Positions 51,715-63,796 of a DNA stretch of 64,000 nt are shown here, piece after piece. This DNA is from Leucoraja erinacea (lineage: Eukaryota): assembly GCF_028641065.1 (NCBI RefSeq), contig NC_073384.1:13392001-13456000 (forward strand). The letters are read 5' to 3'. The translations under genes and the position numbers were made by a program. The notes under the pieces were generated by a model. It did not search any database, was not told where the DNA came from, and worked only from the letters and a program-made list of their open reading frames with translations. Every line of letters starts with the position of its first letter. Positions within the stretch are counted from its first letter, which is position 1.

Positions 51715-52018
51715 GAAATTCAGTGTGGAAACAGACCCTTCGGCTCACCGAGTCCGCTCCGTCCAACAATCACACGTACACTAGTTAGTTCTATGTCATC
51801 CTAATTTCGCATGCTACATACTAGGGATAATTTACAGAAGCCAATTAACCTACAAACCTGCATGTCTTGGGAAAGCGAGGGGAAACCGAAAGATGTAGAA
51901 AACCCAAGCGGTCACAGGGTGAACGTACAAACTCTATACAGACAGCATCCATAATCCGTATCAAACCCGGGCCCATGGTGCTGCAAGACAGCAACTCGAC
52001 TGCTGTGCCACTGTGCCC
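51715..52018 (-). mobile_element. HE1/V-SINE-like SINE
   Basis: Reverse copy; further partial copies at ~7262-7450 (+), 48885-49061 (-) and 49562-49825 (-). Confidence 0.75.
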
Positions 52019-52493
52019 CCCAATGTCGGTTTTGATGTCGATTACAGCTAATGTGCAAAGACCCCAACAAACACATGATAATACCCATGTAATTATTGCT
52101 GTTATGCTGGTTGATATATAAATATTGGCTTAAACCTTTGGACCTTGATCCTCTCTGCTGTTAAGAATAGCATCCCTAGATCTTTTAAGTGTAACATAAA
52201 GACAAATCCCAGCCTTGATTCAATGTCTATGAAAGATGGCATCTCTGACAATGTCAGTTTCTGGATTGTGTGCTCCAATCTCTTGAATAATGCTTAAACC
52301 TGCAAGCTTTTGACTTGGAAAGTGAGTCTTGGAAGGACATTTTGAGTCATACCCTCCCGAGCAACTCCCATGCAAATCTCCAAGTACTTCAGTTACCAAT
52401 AAAACACTAGTCTCCCCATTCCTTTATCTCCAAAATCTACAGTGGACTAGCTTGTCATATTAATGTTTCTACCAGACTCTTCTTTGTTTACAG

Positions 52494-52691
52494 GTGACTC
52501 TCAATGCAGACGTGAAAAAGCTGTTGGCAGCGGGGGTATATCACCTCCTGGATCTGGTGACGGAAAATGATCTCCGTTTTCTGAATGCTTCATTGCACTT
52601 GGGAGTGAGGGAGGTATTTAAGGAGTTGTACGGTGATTACGTGCGTTATCACAAAAGCAAGAGACAAGGTGAAGAGGAATATACGGCTTAA
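52494..52691 (+). CDS. URB2: URB2 last coding exon
   Basis: VTLNADVKKLL...GVREVFKELY...KRQGEEEYTA*; exons sum to 4569 nt = 1522 aa. Confidence 0.93.
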   Translation: MTLNADVKKLLAAGVYHLLDLVTENDLRFLNASLHLGVREVFKELYGDYVRYHKSKRQGEEEYTA

Positions 52692-53294
52692 CCTGGATGG
52701 AGCAAATAGCAACCCTCATGTCCTGTGCCTCTGGATATTTTAATTACCGGGCAATTTTTAGATTAAGGGAATCGTACTGGCGAACTAAAAGACGATGGGG
52801 GCATCCATTATCCTTCATCGATCTGTGCACTTCGTAACAAGTAAGATTGAGCATTGCTGATCTCAGCATTCTCTCCTTGTGGAAGAGGCAATTTTACCTG
52901 CCCCAATTAAAGTCATCTTAATCAGGAAGCTTCTAGCATCTAGAAAAACGACCCGTAGGTGAAGAAAATGATTCCTCTCTTTAATGGTAACTAACCTTAA
53001 ACATTTTGTTTGACTTTTCCAAAGATATAGCTTTGGATCACAAATATATATTAGTGATGAATATTCCAGGTCTACTTTAGTTTAGCTGCATTACAGGATG
53101 TCAGTGTTAAGTCATTTTTAGATTATTCGTCATCTAGAAATACCGATGCAAATCGCTTCATGGCAGCTGAGATGTTTACATATATAATCAATATAAAGTA
53201 TAGTATCAGTAATTGTAATCAAGAAACTAGTAAATAGGTAGAGGAGGCCTCTAGGTCCTTCAACCCTGCTCTCCCTTCGAAAATAGTCTTGACT

Positions 53295-53700
53295 GAGTCA
53301 TAAAGTGTGGAAACAGACCCCTGGCCCAACTTGCCCATGCCGAACAACATGCCCCATCTACTAGTCCCACCTGCCTACGTTTGGCCCATATCCTTCTGAA
53401 CCTATCCATTCCAAATGTTTTTTAAACAATGTGATAGTACCTGCCTCAACTACCTCCTCCGGCAGCTCGTTCCAAACACCCACCACAGTAAAAAAAAAGT
53501 TGCCCTCAGGTTCCTATTAAATCTTTTCCCCCTCACCTTAAACCAATGTTCTCTGGTTTTTGATTCCCCGACTCTGGGTTACAGACACTGCATTTACCCT
53601 ATGTATTTCTCTCATTATCTTATATACCTCAAGATCACCCCTCATCCTCCTGAGCATGGAATAACATCCCAGCCTACTTTACATCTCCCTCTAGCTCAGG
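53295..53700 (-). mobile_element. CR1 LINE 3' fragment
   Basis: Reverse complement similar to 46628-47050. Confidence 0.75.
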
Positions 53701-54146
53701 CTAGAGCTCAGGCTCCTGGATCAATCTTCCATATCAATATATATTCATAATATCTTCCCATACCCTTTGATTCCTTTTGTCTTGCAATTTATCTATCGCC
53801 TCAAATATACTTCTTGCCTTGGCAAACGGATCACAAATACATGATCTTCACTGAAAGACAACAGTATTTGCAAGACAGGCTGTTTGAAAAACTTTTTTAT
53901 TAAGTAAGAATTTACTTCACTAAGTTCCTATTGAGAGGAATTTAGCCCTTGTCTGTTGTAGCCACTGGGCAATTCACACCCACACCAATGTCCTGTACAT
54001 GTCTCTTGGCTAAAGACCAATGAACGGTGACCTTGCCCACGTCCCATAAAGAAAGGAAGCCACTACTGGTTTTCCTTTCAAGAATAAGATAGGACCCAGA
54101 ATTAAGGCTCTGCATGGAACTCTGAAAGACAAACATAAAATGCCAG

Positions 54147-54240
54147 GTAGACAAAAATGCTGGAGAAACTCAGCGGGTAGGCAGCATCTATGGAGCGAAG
54201 GAAATAGGCAACGTTTTGGGTCAAGACCCTTCTTCAGACT
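54147..54240 (-). mobile_element. PLE pLTR fragment with hammerhead motif (G12 mutated)
   Basis: Similar to 26641-26735. Confidence 0.7.
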
Positions 54241-55069
54241 GGTCAAAATGTCATGTATATGCAGCAGGTAAGATCAGCATCCTTAAATGTTCACCATCAA
54301 TGCTGCCTGACTCGCTGAGTGCAACATTTTTGGTTTCAGATTTTTCCAGATCTGCAGTGCTTTGATTCTGTGTTGTTCCTTTCCACCAGGAGGAGGAGTT
54401 TTTTACATCAATATTTAAATCCTCATTCCAAAGAATGAGAAAGCTAGCTGGTTGGTTAAAAATAAATCATGTGAATAGAGTAAGGGTTACTTGTGGGGCA
54501 TTTGGAGTTAATTCCTGTAAGTTTACCATGCTTTTCAACATTTGTATATATATTTTTGTAAATAAATCTAAAACAATTTACCTGTACACATTGGTCATGG
54601 ATATTTATCAATAAGTGTGAATGATGGAATCACATTTAACAGTAAGCAGATTACCAGTAGGTGTTAATTAGGCTACAATAACCCAAATGTGGTGTGGAAT
54701 GTTTACAGATAATGTTTAATTGAGAAAAAGACAAACATCAGGAAACAGACTGAACTGAACTGGAGTAGACACTGGTCCAACAAACATTCAGTTCGCCATC
54801 TAAAAAACCTCAACCTACCTTGGATTTACAAACCTCTCTTTCCTTTATCAATTCTCAACTACTTTTCTAGTGAAGAAATGCTTTGGGTTATTATACCCTC
54901 CCTGTGGAAGAAATGCTTCCTACCAGCACCTCTGAATTTGTCCATCTCAATTTCAGGGCATCCTCTTGAAGGTACGTTTCTCCTCATCTCCCCATTAAGA
55001 TCCTCAATTAAGCCATTTTACTTCCTTCTAAAAGGAATACGAAACCTCATTCATAATTGAGGCGTTTAT

Positions 55070-55902
55070 CTACTTCCTGTGGTGTGGTCTCGAGTGGTGG
55101 CACCATCGAGTGTAGCAGCCTCGCCTACAGCTGTTCGTACTTTCATCCTTTTTTTATTTTTAGTCTGTCAAAAAGTTTTGTTTTGGAGGTCTTTTAGTCT
55201 TTTTATGTGTGTGGGGGACTTTTTCCGCAGTCGCTACCTGGGTCGAGGATGCGTCTTTCCTCCGAGCCGCATCTTCGCCCCCTCCTCATGGCCTACCATC
55301 TGGATTAGCGCAGCCTTTCCTGCCGGAGACCGGCCAGAGCTTCGGCGGCGGCGCAGCACTGAAGTACCATCGCGAAGCGGCCGATGCCTTACTAGGGTCG
55401 CCGTGTTAGAAGCTCCAGAGTGCTGGGACTGCCGACTTTAACATCGTGGAGCTGTGGATCTTCCAACCGCAGGCGGCGCTGGCTTTAACATCGCGGAGGC
55501 CTGGGATCTTTCGCCGAGGTCGCCAGTGTTGGAGCTCCACCCAGCTTGGCCTGTGGACTTTGGGATCCGCGGTCTCCGATAGGAAGCGGCCGATTCGGAA
55601 ACTCCAAGCCGCTGAGAGTGTTCATCCACGCCGGAGCTCCATCATCCGGCGAGAGGGCCTGAAACATCGGGTCGTCCTTAGCGGTGACTGTGGAGGCCTC
55701 AATAGGCCCCGACCACGGGTGAACAAGAGGAAGAGGACTGAACTTTTATTGCCTTCCCTCACAGTGGGAAACGTTGATTCTGCTGTGGGGGATGTTTATG
55801 TTAAATTCTATAGTGTTGTGTTTATCTTATTTGTGTGCTGCATGGTAACTCAAATTACACTGCACCAATTGGTGTATACAACAATAAATGTCCTTTGTCC
55901 TT
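55070..55902 (+). mobile_element. Unclassified CpG-rich non-coding retroposon-like element
   Basis: Abrupt GC/CpG-rich block ending ACAATAAA(TGTCCTT)n; its 3' part resembles 9362-9560. Confidence 0.45.
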
Positions 55903-57354
55903 GTAACTGCTCCTTTACCTTTTCATTTGTGGACTTATTTTCTATGCGTTCGTGTCTTCAAACATCATTCTCGCACTCTTTATCTCAAATTTTCTTTGCC
56001 TCATCCCTTGGGCTGCCCTGTCTTTGGAACATCTCCCACCAAGAGATAAGGCAATACTCAAATCAGGCAATTACTACTCCAATCTGACAATGACGATGGC
56101 AGCTAAGATGTGGTGTCAGATGGGCTGGGACTAGAGGGTGCAAACAAACAAAACAGAAGGTATTGGGGGTTAGGTCCAGGATTGTTATCCAAGATAGGAG
56201 GATGGTGTTGGTACCTTGGGGTTTGACAATGAGAAGAGGAATCAAGGGCTCACAGATGATTTGAATGAAAGTTGAGACCTGACAAAACTTAAGGAGGGGG
56301 GAGAATGGGTTGCAATGACAGTTTGATGTTAGCTTTGTTTCACAGGATGTTTTGTTTCCTGCCCAGCTCACGTTGCTTTGCACTGAACAATAACAGTTTT
56401 GTTTGCTGAGCTAACCCTGCAGAAAAGAAAATGGTGAGACAGACTAGGAGGGATTCATTGGGGCCTTCCTGCTTGGAGAAATATTCAGGCAAAATCTGAA
56501 ACTGTTAAAAGTATGTGTCAAAAGTAAGGAAAATAATCAAGAATAAAACTTTAATTGTTTTTCGAAATAGGTAATAAAAAACACTACAGTTAGTGACAAT
56601 TCAGATTACACTTCAGATTGCAGGAAATCTAAATCATAAGACCATTTTGGTGTGTGTAGCCCTTTATTAGCAACTAAACAAAAAAATAACCTTATACAAT
56701 GTTGGCAGCAGCTGTTTGCACTGCAGCTTATATTGAGTAACTATGGTGTAAGATTATAAATGCAACTGACTTGGATATAAATGGTACACTCTCACTGACA
56801 TCCTGCCGAACTATCTGTAAGCAAGTACACATCTATTGTTTTATACTGCCAGCTATGGCCAATTTAATTGCTAGTTTACGTCATCCTGTACCTCACCAGT
56901 CTAAAAAGGAAAGAAAAACATAAAGCACATGTCAATCAAAACTATGAGGGACTACACCTCAGGGAAGAAAGAGTTCAAATGTTCAACATCCGATGGAGGA
57001 AGGCTGGGATCAGGAGACGGAGAATGCAGTGGCTTTCCTAAGCAGCAGTGATTCAGTGAACCATCAGAGTACCCGCAGCATAGCTAACGGAACTATCGTC
57101 CCAGTTTTTGCATTGACTTGATTGAGAGTAGTTCAGGAACGAGAAAGCCATGTTCATCCCACTCTTCCTCAATTCTGTCACTGCCTAAAGAAGAAATTGG
57201 AACAGCCCTTAAGGTCAGAGCAGGTTTTTGTTTTTTGGGGAGGAAAGGAGTTTATATATATTTTACATTTATAAATCTGGCTGTTTGCGTACAAATCTTG
57301 AAAATCTCGACAATGATCGGCCATCAGGCTGAACACCCGGCAAATTAGAAAATG

Positions 57355-57535
57355 TAGAAACAAGAAACTGCAGATGTTTGTTTACACAAAAGAACTCCAA
57401 GTGCTTCAGCGGGTCTGGCAACATCTCTGGAGAACATGGATAGGTGACGTTTTGGTTTGGGACTGGATAAGTCACCTATCCACGTTCTTCAGAGAAACTG
57501 CCTGAACCACTAAGTTATTCCAGCACTTTGTGTCC
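57355..57535. mobile_element. Foldback PLE-derived short element
   Basis: GGATAGGTGAC ... GTCACCTATCC inverted arms. Confidence 0.7.
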
Positions 57536-57837
57536 AAATTAGGGAATATCTTTGCTGGATATAGGGGGAACAAGATAGTATGAGGAATGATTCTCATGTA
57601 GCTAGCAAATAATTTTTCAGGAGTTTGCTTTTGAGACATAAAAACATAGAAAATAGGTGCACGAGTAGGCCATTCGGCCCTTCGAGCCTCCGAGACACTG
57701 GAATCTCTGGTTTGTCTCTTGTACGAGGAAGTGCATTTGTTGAACCATAATGGGATACTCTAAACAGCGTATGGCTAAAAGAATCAAATATCGCAATGAT
57801 TTTGAATGATATTCTGAGTAAAAAGTAGGAAAGAATG

Positions 57838-57996
57838 TCACAAAGTGCTGAAGTGACTCAGCAGGTCCGACAACATCTTTGGAGAACTTGGATAGGTTAG
57901 AAACCTATCCATGCTTTCTTGAGATGCTGCTTGATCTGCTGAGTTACTCTAGCACTTTGTGCCTTTCTCTGTAAACCAGTATCTGCAGTTTCTTAT
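57838..57996. mobile_element. Foldback PLE-derived short element
   Basis: Arms meet as GGATAGGT-TAGAA-ACCTATCC. Confidence 0.7.
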
Positions 57997-59186
57997 GGCA
58001 CCTGCATGTGTAACATATTCAACAAGAATTTCACTCTGCAGTTGCATATGTGACAAATAAAGCACCATTGAATCATTAGTAAAGAAAGTATTTGACTTAT
58101 TTTATTCAGGATTCTCCCTTGCCCTAAACAATCGAATCTGAATACATCTCCTTTCTCCAGCGCATGTTACTGGAGAGTGGTAGACACCTGCTACTTTAGA
58201 TTAGATAGCCCTGATCCACAGTAAAAAAAAAAGGAGCCTGCATAGCAATAGTATGAAAGGGGGGGAAACAACAGGCTTGAATACTTTTAACTTACATTGA
58301 GCAGAACCCCAATGGGATGACGACCACAGATAGTGTTGTGGTATTTCTTCAAATAGTTGTTAAACGATACAGCATCTAGTTGCTCTATAATATCCATACC
58401 CTGAAATAAAACAGATTAAGTGACAGTGTTTTACTGAAAAGTACTCCATTTTATGTTTCACTGCAAAAATTGTCCATGTTACAGGTAATCTGCTAAATCT
58501 TGCTGCCTTAGGAATCCATTCGTGTTTGAAAGACAGCTCCTGTTCAAAGTACAATGGCTCACGGTGAAAAGGGGAACAGACAAGATCTATCTAGGTATAA
58601 AAATCATGAAATCTGTCAAAACCTGGAAATGCATGGATCAGCGGCAATCGGAGATGGACGAATCTTAACCCATTCCTGCTCGTTACATTCTGATTTGATT
58701 TTTATCAGATTTCTACCCAAATACAGACCATTTTTTAAAAGCAAAAATATACTCAAAACCTGAAAGGCAACTAATTCTGTTATTTGTGAAGAGTGCAATT
58801 TTTTTGGGGGGGGAAATTGTTTTTATACAGCAGTTTACATTGTTGATTGTAAGTAGCTGAACTTTTCATCCAGACCAAAACTCTTCAACGAATCACTACA
58901 GGCAGGGAAGACAAAACTGTAAACTGTGCTTGATGTATAACCTGCCACAACTCTACAGTGCCACCAGGAAATGAGCCAGAATACTTTTCATTTCATCTTC
59001 TGGTCATCAGTCTCCAGTCAATCAAGGAGTGACTTAACTCCCAATAAAACACATTCCTGTTGCTCAATATAATGTAGACTGATATCATCACCAGTATTAT
59101 TAATAACATTTTAATGTAGCCCCTGTGATAAATAAGGGACTGCTGGACTTGCATGATTAAGAAATATATAGCTCAGGCGACATAGC

Positions 59187-59452
59187 CGGCACATTGGTGC
59201 AAGGGTATAGTTGCTGCCTTTCAGTGCCAGAGACCCGAGTTCAATCCTAACTATGGGTACTGTCTGTACAAAATTTGCATGTTCTCCCTGTGACCATGTG
59301 GGTTTTCTCTGGGTGCTCCAGTTGCCCCCCACATTCCAAAGACGTGCAGATTATCCCTAGAGTGTAAGATATAACTAGTATACAGGTGATCATATGTCGG
59401 CACAGACTCGGTGGGCCGAAGGGCCTGATTCCATGTTGTATCTCTAAACTAA
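59187..59452 (+). mobile_element. HE1/V-SINE-like SINE
   Basis: Head, body and tail match the family. Confidence 0.75.
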
Positions 59453-60774
59453 CTAGATACGATTGTTTCAAGCCATCAAGACTTGAGAAAAGAACAAAGT
59501 TCTAATAAACTTTTTAGTTAAATAATTGTTTCAATTCTTTCCATAATTATCCGTCAAAGTACCTGGGTAGAATACCATATTTCCTTCCATTGCCTTTGAA
59601 ATTAACCAAACACCCTTCTCTCAGTCAGTTCTGTTCAACCAATCTCTCCACACATTCTATCCCATTCTCTTTCACATTGTGGGTGGTGGCTAAGAATTTT
59701 TGTTCTCTCCATGCAGGCCCACAATAACATAAACCACACATATTTCTCATTTCCAGCTGACAATCATTGCTACAACCGATTTATAAACATGCAAAAAAGC
59801 TCATTAGTAATAGATTCAGGCTTTCATTAACTCAAACCTCAAATAAATATCCAAAGAGTCATAGTCATACAGCGTGGAAACAGGCCCATTTGCCCACACC
59901 GGCCAACACGCCCCATCTACACTGGTCCCACCTGCTGTATTTGGCCCATACCCCTCTAAACCTGTCCTATCCATGTACCTGTCTGTTACTTAAACGTTGG
60001 GATAGTCCCTGCCTCAACTACCTCCGAAATGGGTCTACTTTTTTAAAAGCAACCCATCATTTCCCATACCATTTTATCCAAGTGCTGAATTGACCTGTAG
60101 ATCTCTCCTTGACTCTCGTCGTAATGTGTGAATCGAAAACGTTGCCCTGAAAAATAACAGAGGTCAGAAATCAAAAGCAGAGGTGGCGAGGCATGCTTCA
60201 TCCTAGCTGTCTCTGCCCCTGTGACATGCTAATCTGAATGGTCTCCTGGCATGCTGTAAATTGTCCAGAGCTCCATGAATTACGACATGGGCCTTGTGAT
60301 ATTAGATGGCTAATATGCCATCTTTCAGGAATTTGCATTAATTTGTACTTGCAGTTCTGAGTGGAAACAAGGAATTGCAGATGCTGGCTTACACTAAAGG
60401 ACTCAAAGTGCTGGAGTAACTTAGCAGGTCATGCAGCATCTCTGGAGAATATGGACAGGTGGTGGTTTGGGTCGGGACCTTTCTTCAGACTCATTGTGGC
60501 GGGGGGGGGGGGGGGGGGGCTGGAAGAGAGGGGAGGCAAGACAAAATGCCACAGGCGAGGGGGGTTTTGATAGGCAGATGTTGCCTGCCCAGCTGTTACT
60601 TTTGTCCTTTTAACTTGCATGGCTTGAAGCTCCACCTGATTTTGTGTACAGCACCTTGTGTTCTAACCCAAACCTGAAGGAAGTGTCCCCTTATTGCAAA
60701 ACGTTTAGCACTATTTACCCAAAAGCCATCCTTGATCTGAATGAGAATGTCAATTAGCATTGGACTCGGAACAG

Positions 60775-61125
60775 CATCTCCCCGTTGGGTTGCAACCTTG
60801 TCGTGGTCGGGGAGCTTGTGTGTCTCAGTGACCCCTAGAGCTATGCCTGCGGGAGATTCGTGATGGACTTCCAGGGCTATCGACAGATGCTAGGATGAAT
60901 GTCAATGGTGCAGAGAACCAGACAGCATCCCAAGTATAGCCCCGCACTTGGGAAAAGGGAAAAGGAAAAGAGGGAGACCCAAAACCACCTGGCGACGAAC
61001 TATAGAGGAGGAAATGAAACCAATGGACCTACCCTGGGGTAGTGTCCAGAAGCTAGCCCAGAACAGACAGGAGTGGAGGACCTTTGTTGCTGCCCTACAT
61101 GCCAGGAGGCATAATAGGCAGTAAG
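60775..61125 (+). mobile_element. Bipartite non-autonomous RTE-clade element (5' leader fused to the 3' ORF end)
   Basis: TSD TCGGAACAG (60766-60774, 61126-61134); leader CCTTGTCGTGG...GAGCTATGCC; 3' part reads GKRKRGRPKTTWRRTIEEEM...AQNRQEWRTFVAALHA, an RTE-type C-terminus. Confidence 0.8.
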
Positions 61126-61996
61126 TCGGAACAGTGTTGCATTTAGATTTCTGGCCACAAGGAACTCAGCTAAAATCAGCCAACTCATTTCAGAGTGCAT
61201 GTTTCAACCCAAATCCCAAAGCTTAAAAAGCCAACACATTCTACCACTCAACGCTTTTTATCTCCCAAATTTCTATCTCTAGGTAGCTGTTCTGTATTCT
61301 ATCTCTGACACTGGTATGATAAAATACTTCTGAAGCTGGTCAGCAGGTGAAAGGAAGAGCTACCCTCACGCTAAACAACAGCAGCCTGGTGAACAAGCAG
61401 AAGAAATGGGCAGGGGACACACATAAACTTTGACAAGTGTATTTTCTTTGAATGGAGAGTTCATACCCGCTTTTAAAACAATTCAGATGACAAACATTCC
61501 TTATGATATCTGAAGCAAATGATACAAAGTCATTAAAATGCTCGGAACATTTAAAAAAATGACCAGCCAAATGCAAAAGACACTTAAAAATATATTCTTC
61601 ATATTTTTTAAGCGGACTGCAATGACCATTTGAGGGAAACAGATTACAGACGTTAACTGTGGGACATCAAAATTGAGTCCCAGCTCACTCAGTCAATCTC
61701 ATTGTGTGGCGAGATTTTGTTTAAAACAGTGCCTTTAGTGCATTTGCCTTTTAATAGATCAGGTCACTGTCCTTTGAAATAGGAGCAGAATATAAGTGTA
61801 GGTAAAAAGTATGTCATGTTTTCACAAGGAAATTACTCGCAGGTGTGTTGGCATGCACATGTATGCAATATCTGGACAGACATGCTAATGTTGGTGTTAA
61901 AGAGGGAACTGCAGATGCTGGAGAATCGAAGGTTACACAGAAAAGCTGGAGAAACTCAGCGGGTGCAGCAGCATCTATGGAGCGAAGGAAATAGGC

Positions 61997-62024
61997 AACG
62001 TTTCGGGCCGAAACCCTTCTTCAG
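61997..62024 (-). ncRNA. Minimal type I hammerhead ribozyme motif in PLE pLTR (predicted)
   Basis: CUGAAGA-A-GGGU UUCG GCCC-GAAAC-GUU. Confidence 0.7.
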
Positions 62025-62862
62025 ACTGATCAGGGGTGGGGGTGGGTGGGGACAAGAAAGGGAAAAGGAGGAGTAGCCGGAAGGCTGGAGGGTGGGAGGA
62101 GACAGCAGGGGAGCTGAGGAAGGGGAGGAGACAGCAAGGACTAACAGAATTGGGAGAAGTCGATGTTCATGCCCCCGGAGCAGACTCCCCAAACGGAATA
62201 TGAGGTGCTGTTCCTCCAATTTCCGGTGCTGCTCGCTGTGGCCATGGAGGAGACCCAGGACAGAGAGGTCGGAGATGGAGTGGGAGGGGGAGTTGAAGTG
62301 CTGAGCCACCGGGAGGTCAGCTTGGTTATTGCGGACCGAGCGGAGGTGTTCGGCGAAACGATCGCCCAACCTCCGCTTGGTCTCACCGATATAGATCTGC
62401 TGACATCTAGAGCAGCGGACGCAATAGATGAGGTTGGAAGAGATGCAGGTAAACCTCTGTCGCACCTGGAACGATTGCTTGGGTCCCTGAAAGGAGTTGA
62501 GGGGGGAGGTAAAGGGACAAGTGTTGCATCGGCTGCGGCCGCAAGGGAAAGTGCCCGGGGAGGGGGTGGACCGAGAGGGAAGGGAAGAATTGACAAGGGA
62601 GTTATGGAGGGAGCGGTCTTTGCGGAAGGCAGATATGGGGGGAGATGGGAAGATGTGGCCAGTAGTGGGGTCACGTTGGAGGTGGCAAAACTGACGGAGG
62701 ATTATTTTTTGTATGTGATGGCTGGTGGGGTGAAAGGTGAGGACTAGGGGGACTCGGCCCTTGTTGCGAGTGGGGGGATGGGGAGAGAGAGCAGTGTTGC
62801 GGGGTATGGAAGAGACCCTGGTGCGAGCCTCATTTATGGTGGAGGAGGGGAACCCCCGTTAA

Positions 62863-63652
62863 CGCCGCATCTGCTCCACGGATGAGGCGTTCCACACCAG
62901 GACATCTGAAATGTCCTCACTATTCAGGGAACGGGGGTTCCCCTCCTCCACCATAAATGAGGCTCGCACCAGGGTCTCTTCCATACCCCGCAACACTGCT
63001 CTCTCTCCCCATCCCCGCACTCGCAACAAGGGCCGAGTCCCCCTAGTCCTCACCTTTCACCCCACCAGCCATCACATACAAAAAATAATCCTCCGTCAGT
63101 TTCGCCACCCTCCAACGTGACCCCACTACTGGCCACATCTTCCCATCTCCCCCCATATCTGCCTTCCGCAAAGACCGCTCCCTCCATAACTCCCTTGTCA
63201 ATTCTTCCCTTCCCTCTCGGTCCACCCCCTCCCCGGGCACTTTCCCTTGCGGCCGCAGCCGATGCAACACTTGTCCCTTTACCTCCCCCCTCAACTCCTT
63301 TCAGGGACCCAAGCAATCGTTCCAGGTGCGACAGAGGTTTACCTGCATCTCTTCCAACCTCATCTATTGCGTCCGCTGCTCTAGATGTCAGCAGATCTAT
63401 ATCGGTGAGACCAAGCGGAGGTTGGGCGATCGTTTCGCCGAACACCTCCGCTCGGTCCGCAATAACCAAGCTGACCTCCCGGTGGCTCAGCACTTCAACT
63501 CCCCCTCCCACTCCATCTCCGACCTCTCTGTCCTGGGTCTCCTCCATGGCCACAGCGAGCAGCACCGGAAATTGGAGGAACAGCACCTCATATTCCGTTT
63601 GGGGAGTCTGCATCCCGGGGGCATGAACATCGACTTCTCCCAATTCTGTTAG
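62863..63652 (+). pseudogene. Penelope ORF C-terminus (RT tail, linker, GIY-YIG endonuclease); 5'-truncated, with a frameshift near 63108
   Basis: RRICSTDEAF...FRERGFP, RVPLVLTFHP, CGRSRCNTC, NLIYCVRCSRCQQIYIGETKRRLGDRFAEH, VAQHFN. Confidence 0.88.
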
Positions 63653-63768
63653 TCCTTGCTGTCTCCTCCCCTTCCTCAGCTCCCCTGCTGTCTCCTCCCA
63701 CCCTCCAGCCTTCCGGCTACTCCTCCTTTTCCCTTTCTTGTCCCCACCCACCCCCACCCCTGATCAGT

Positions 63769-63796
63769 CTGAAGAAGGGTTTCGGCCCGAAACGTT
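63769..63796 (+). ncRNA. Minimal type I hammerhead ribozyme motif in PLE pLTR (predicted)
   Basis: CTGAAGA 63769-63775, stem II GGGT/GCCC with TTCG loop, GAAAC 63789-63793, GTT 63794-63796. Confidence 0.7.

Noticed and set aside
55079-56087. 120-aa and 213-aa ORFs suggesting a new gene or CpG promoter
   Set aside because: No domain or splice pattern; better explained as a repeat with a retroposon-type tail.
56400-60360. Repeat-poor AT-rich stretches that might be conserved enhancers (e.g. ATTTGCAT near 60331)
   Set aside because: Cannot be supported without cross-species alignment; short motifs are expected by chance.
62141-63757. Long alternate-frame ORFs (169-235 aa) in the foldback
   Set aside because: Off-frame or antisense readings of the Penelope ORF, duplicated by the inversion.
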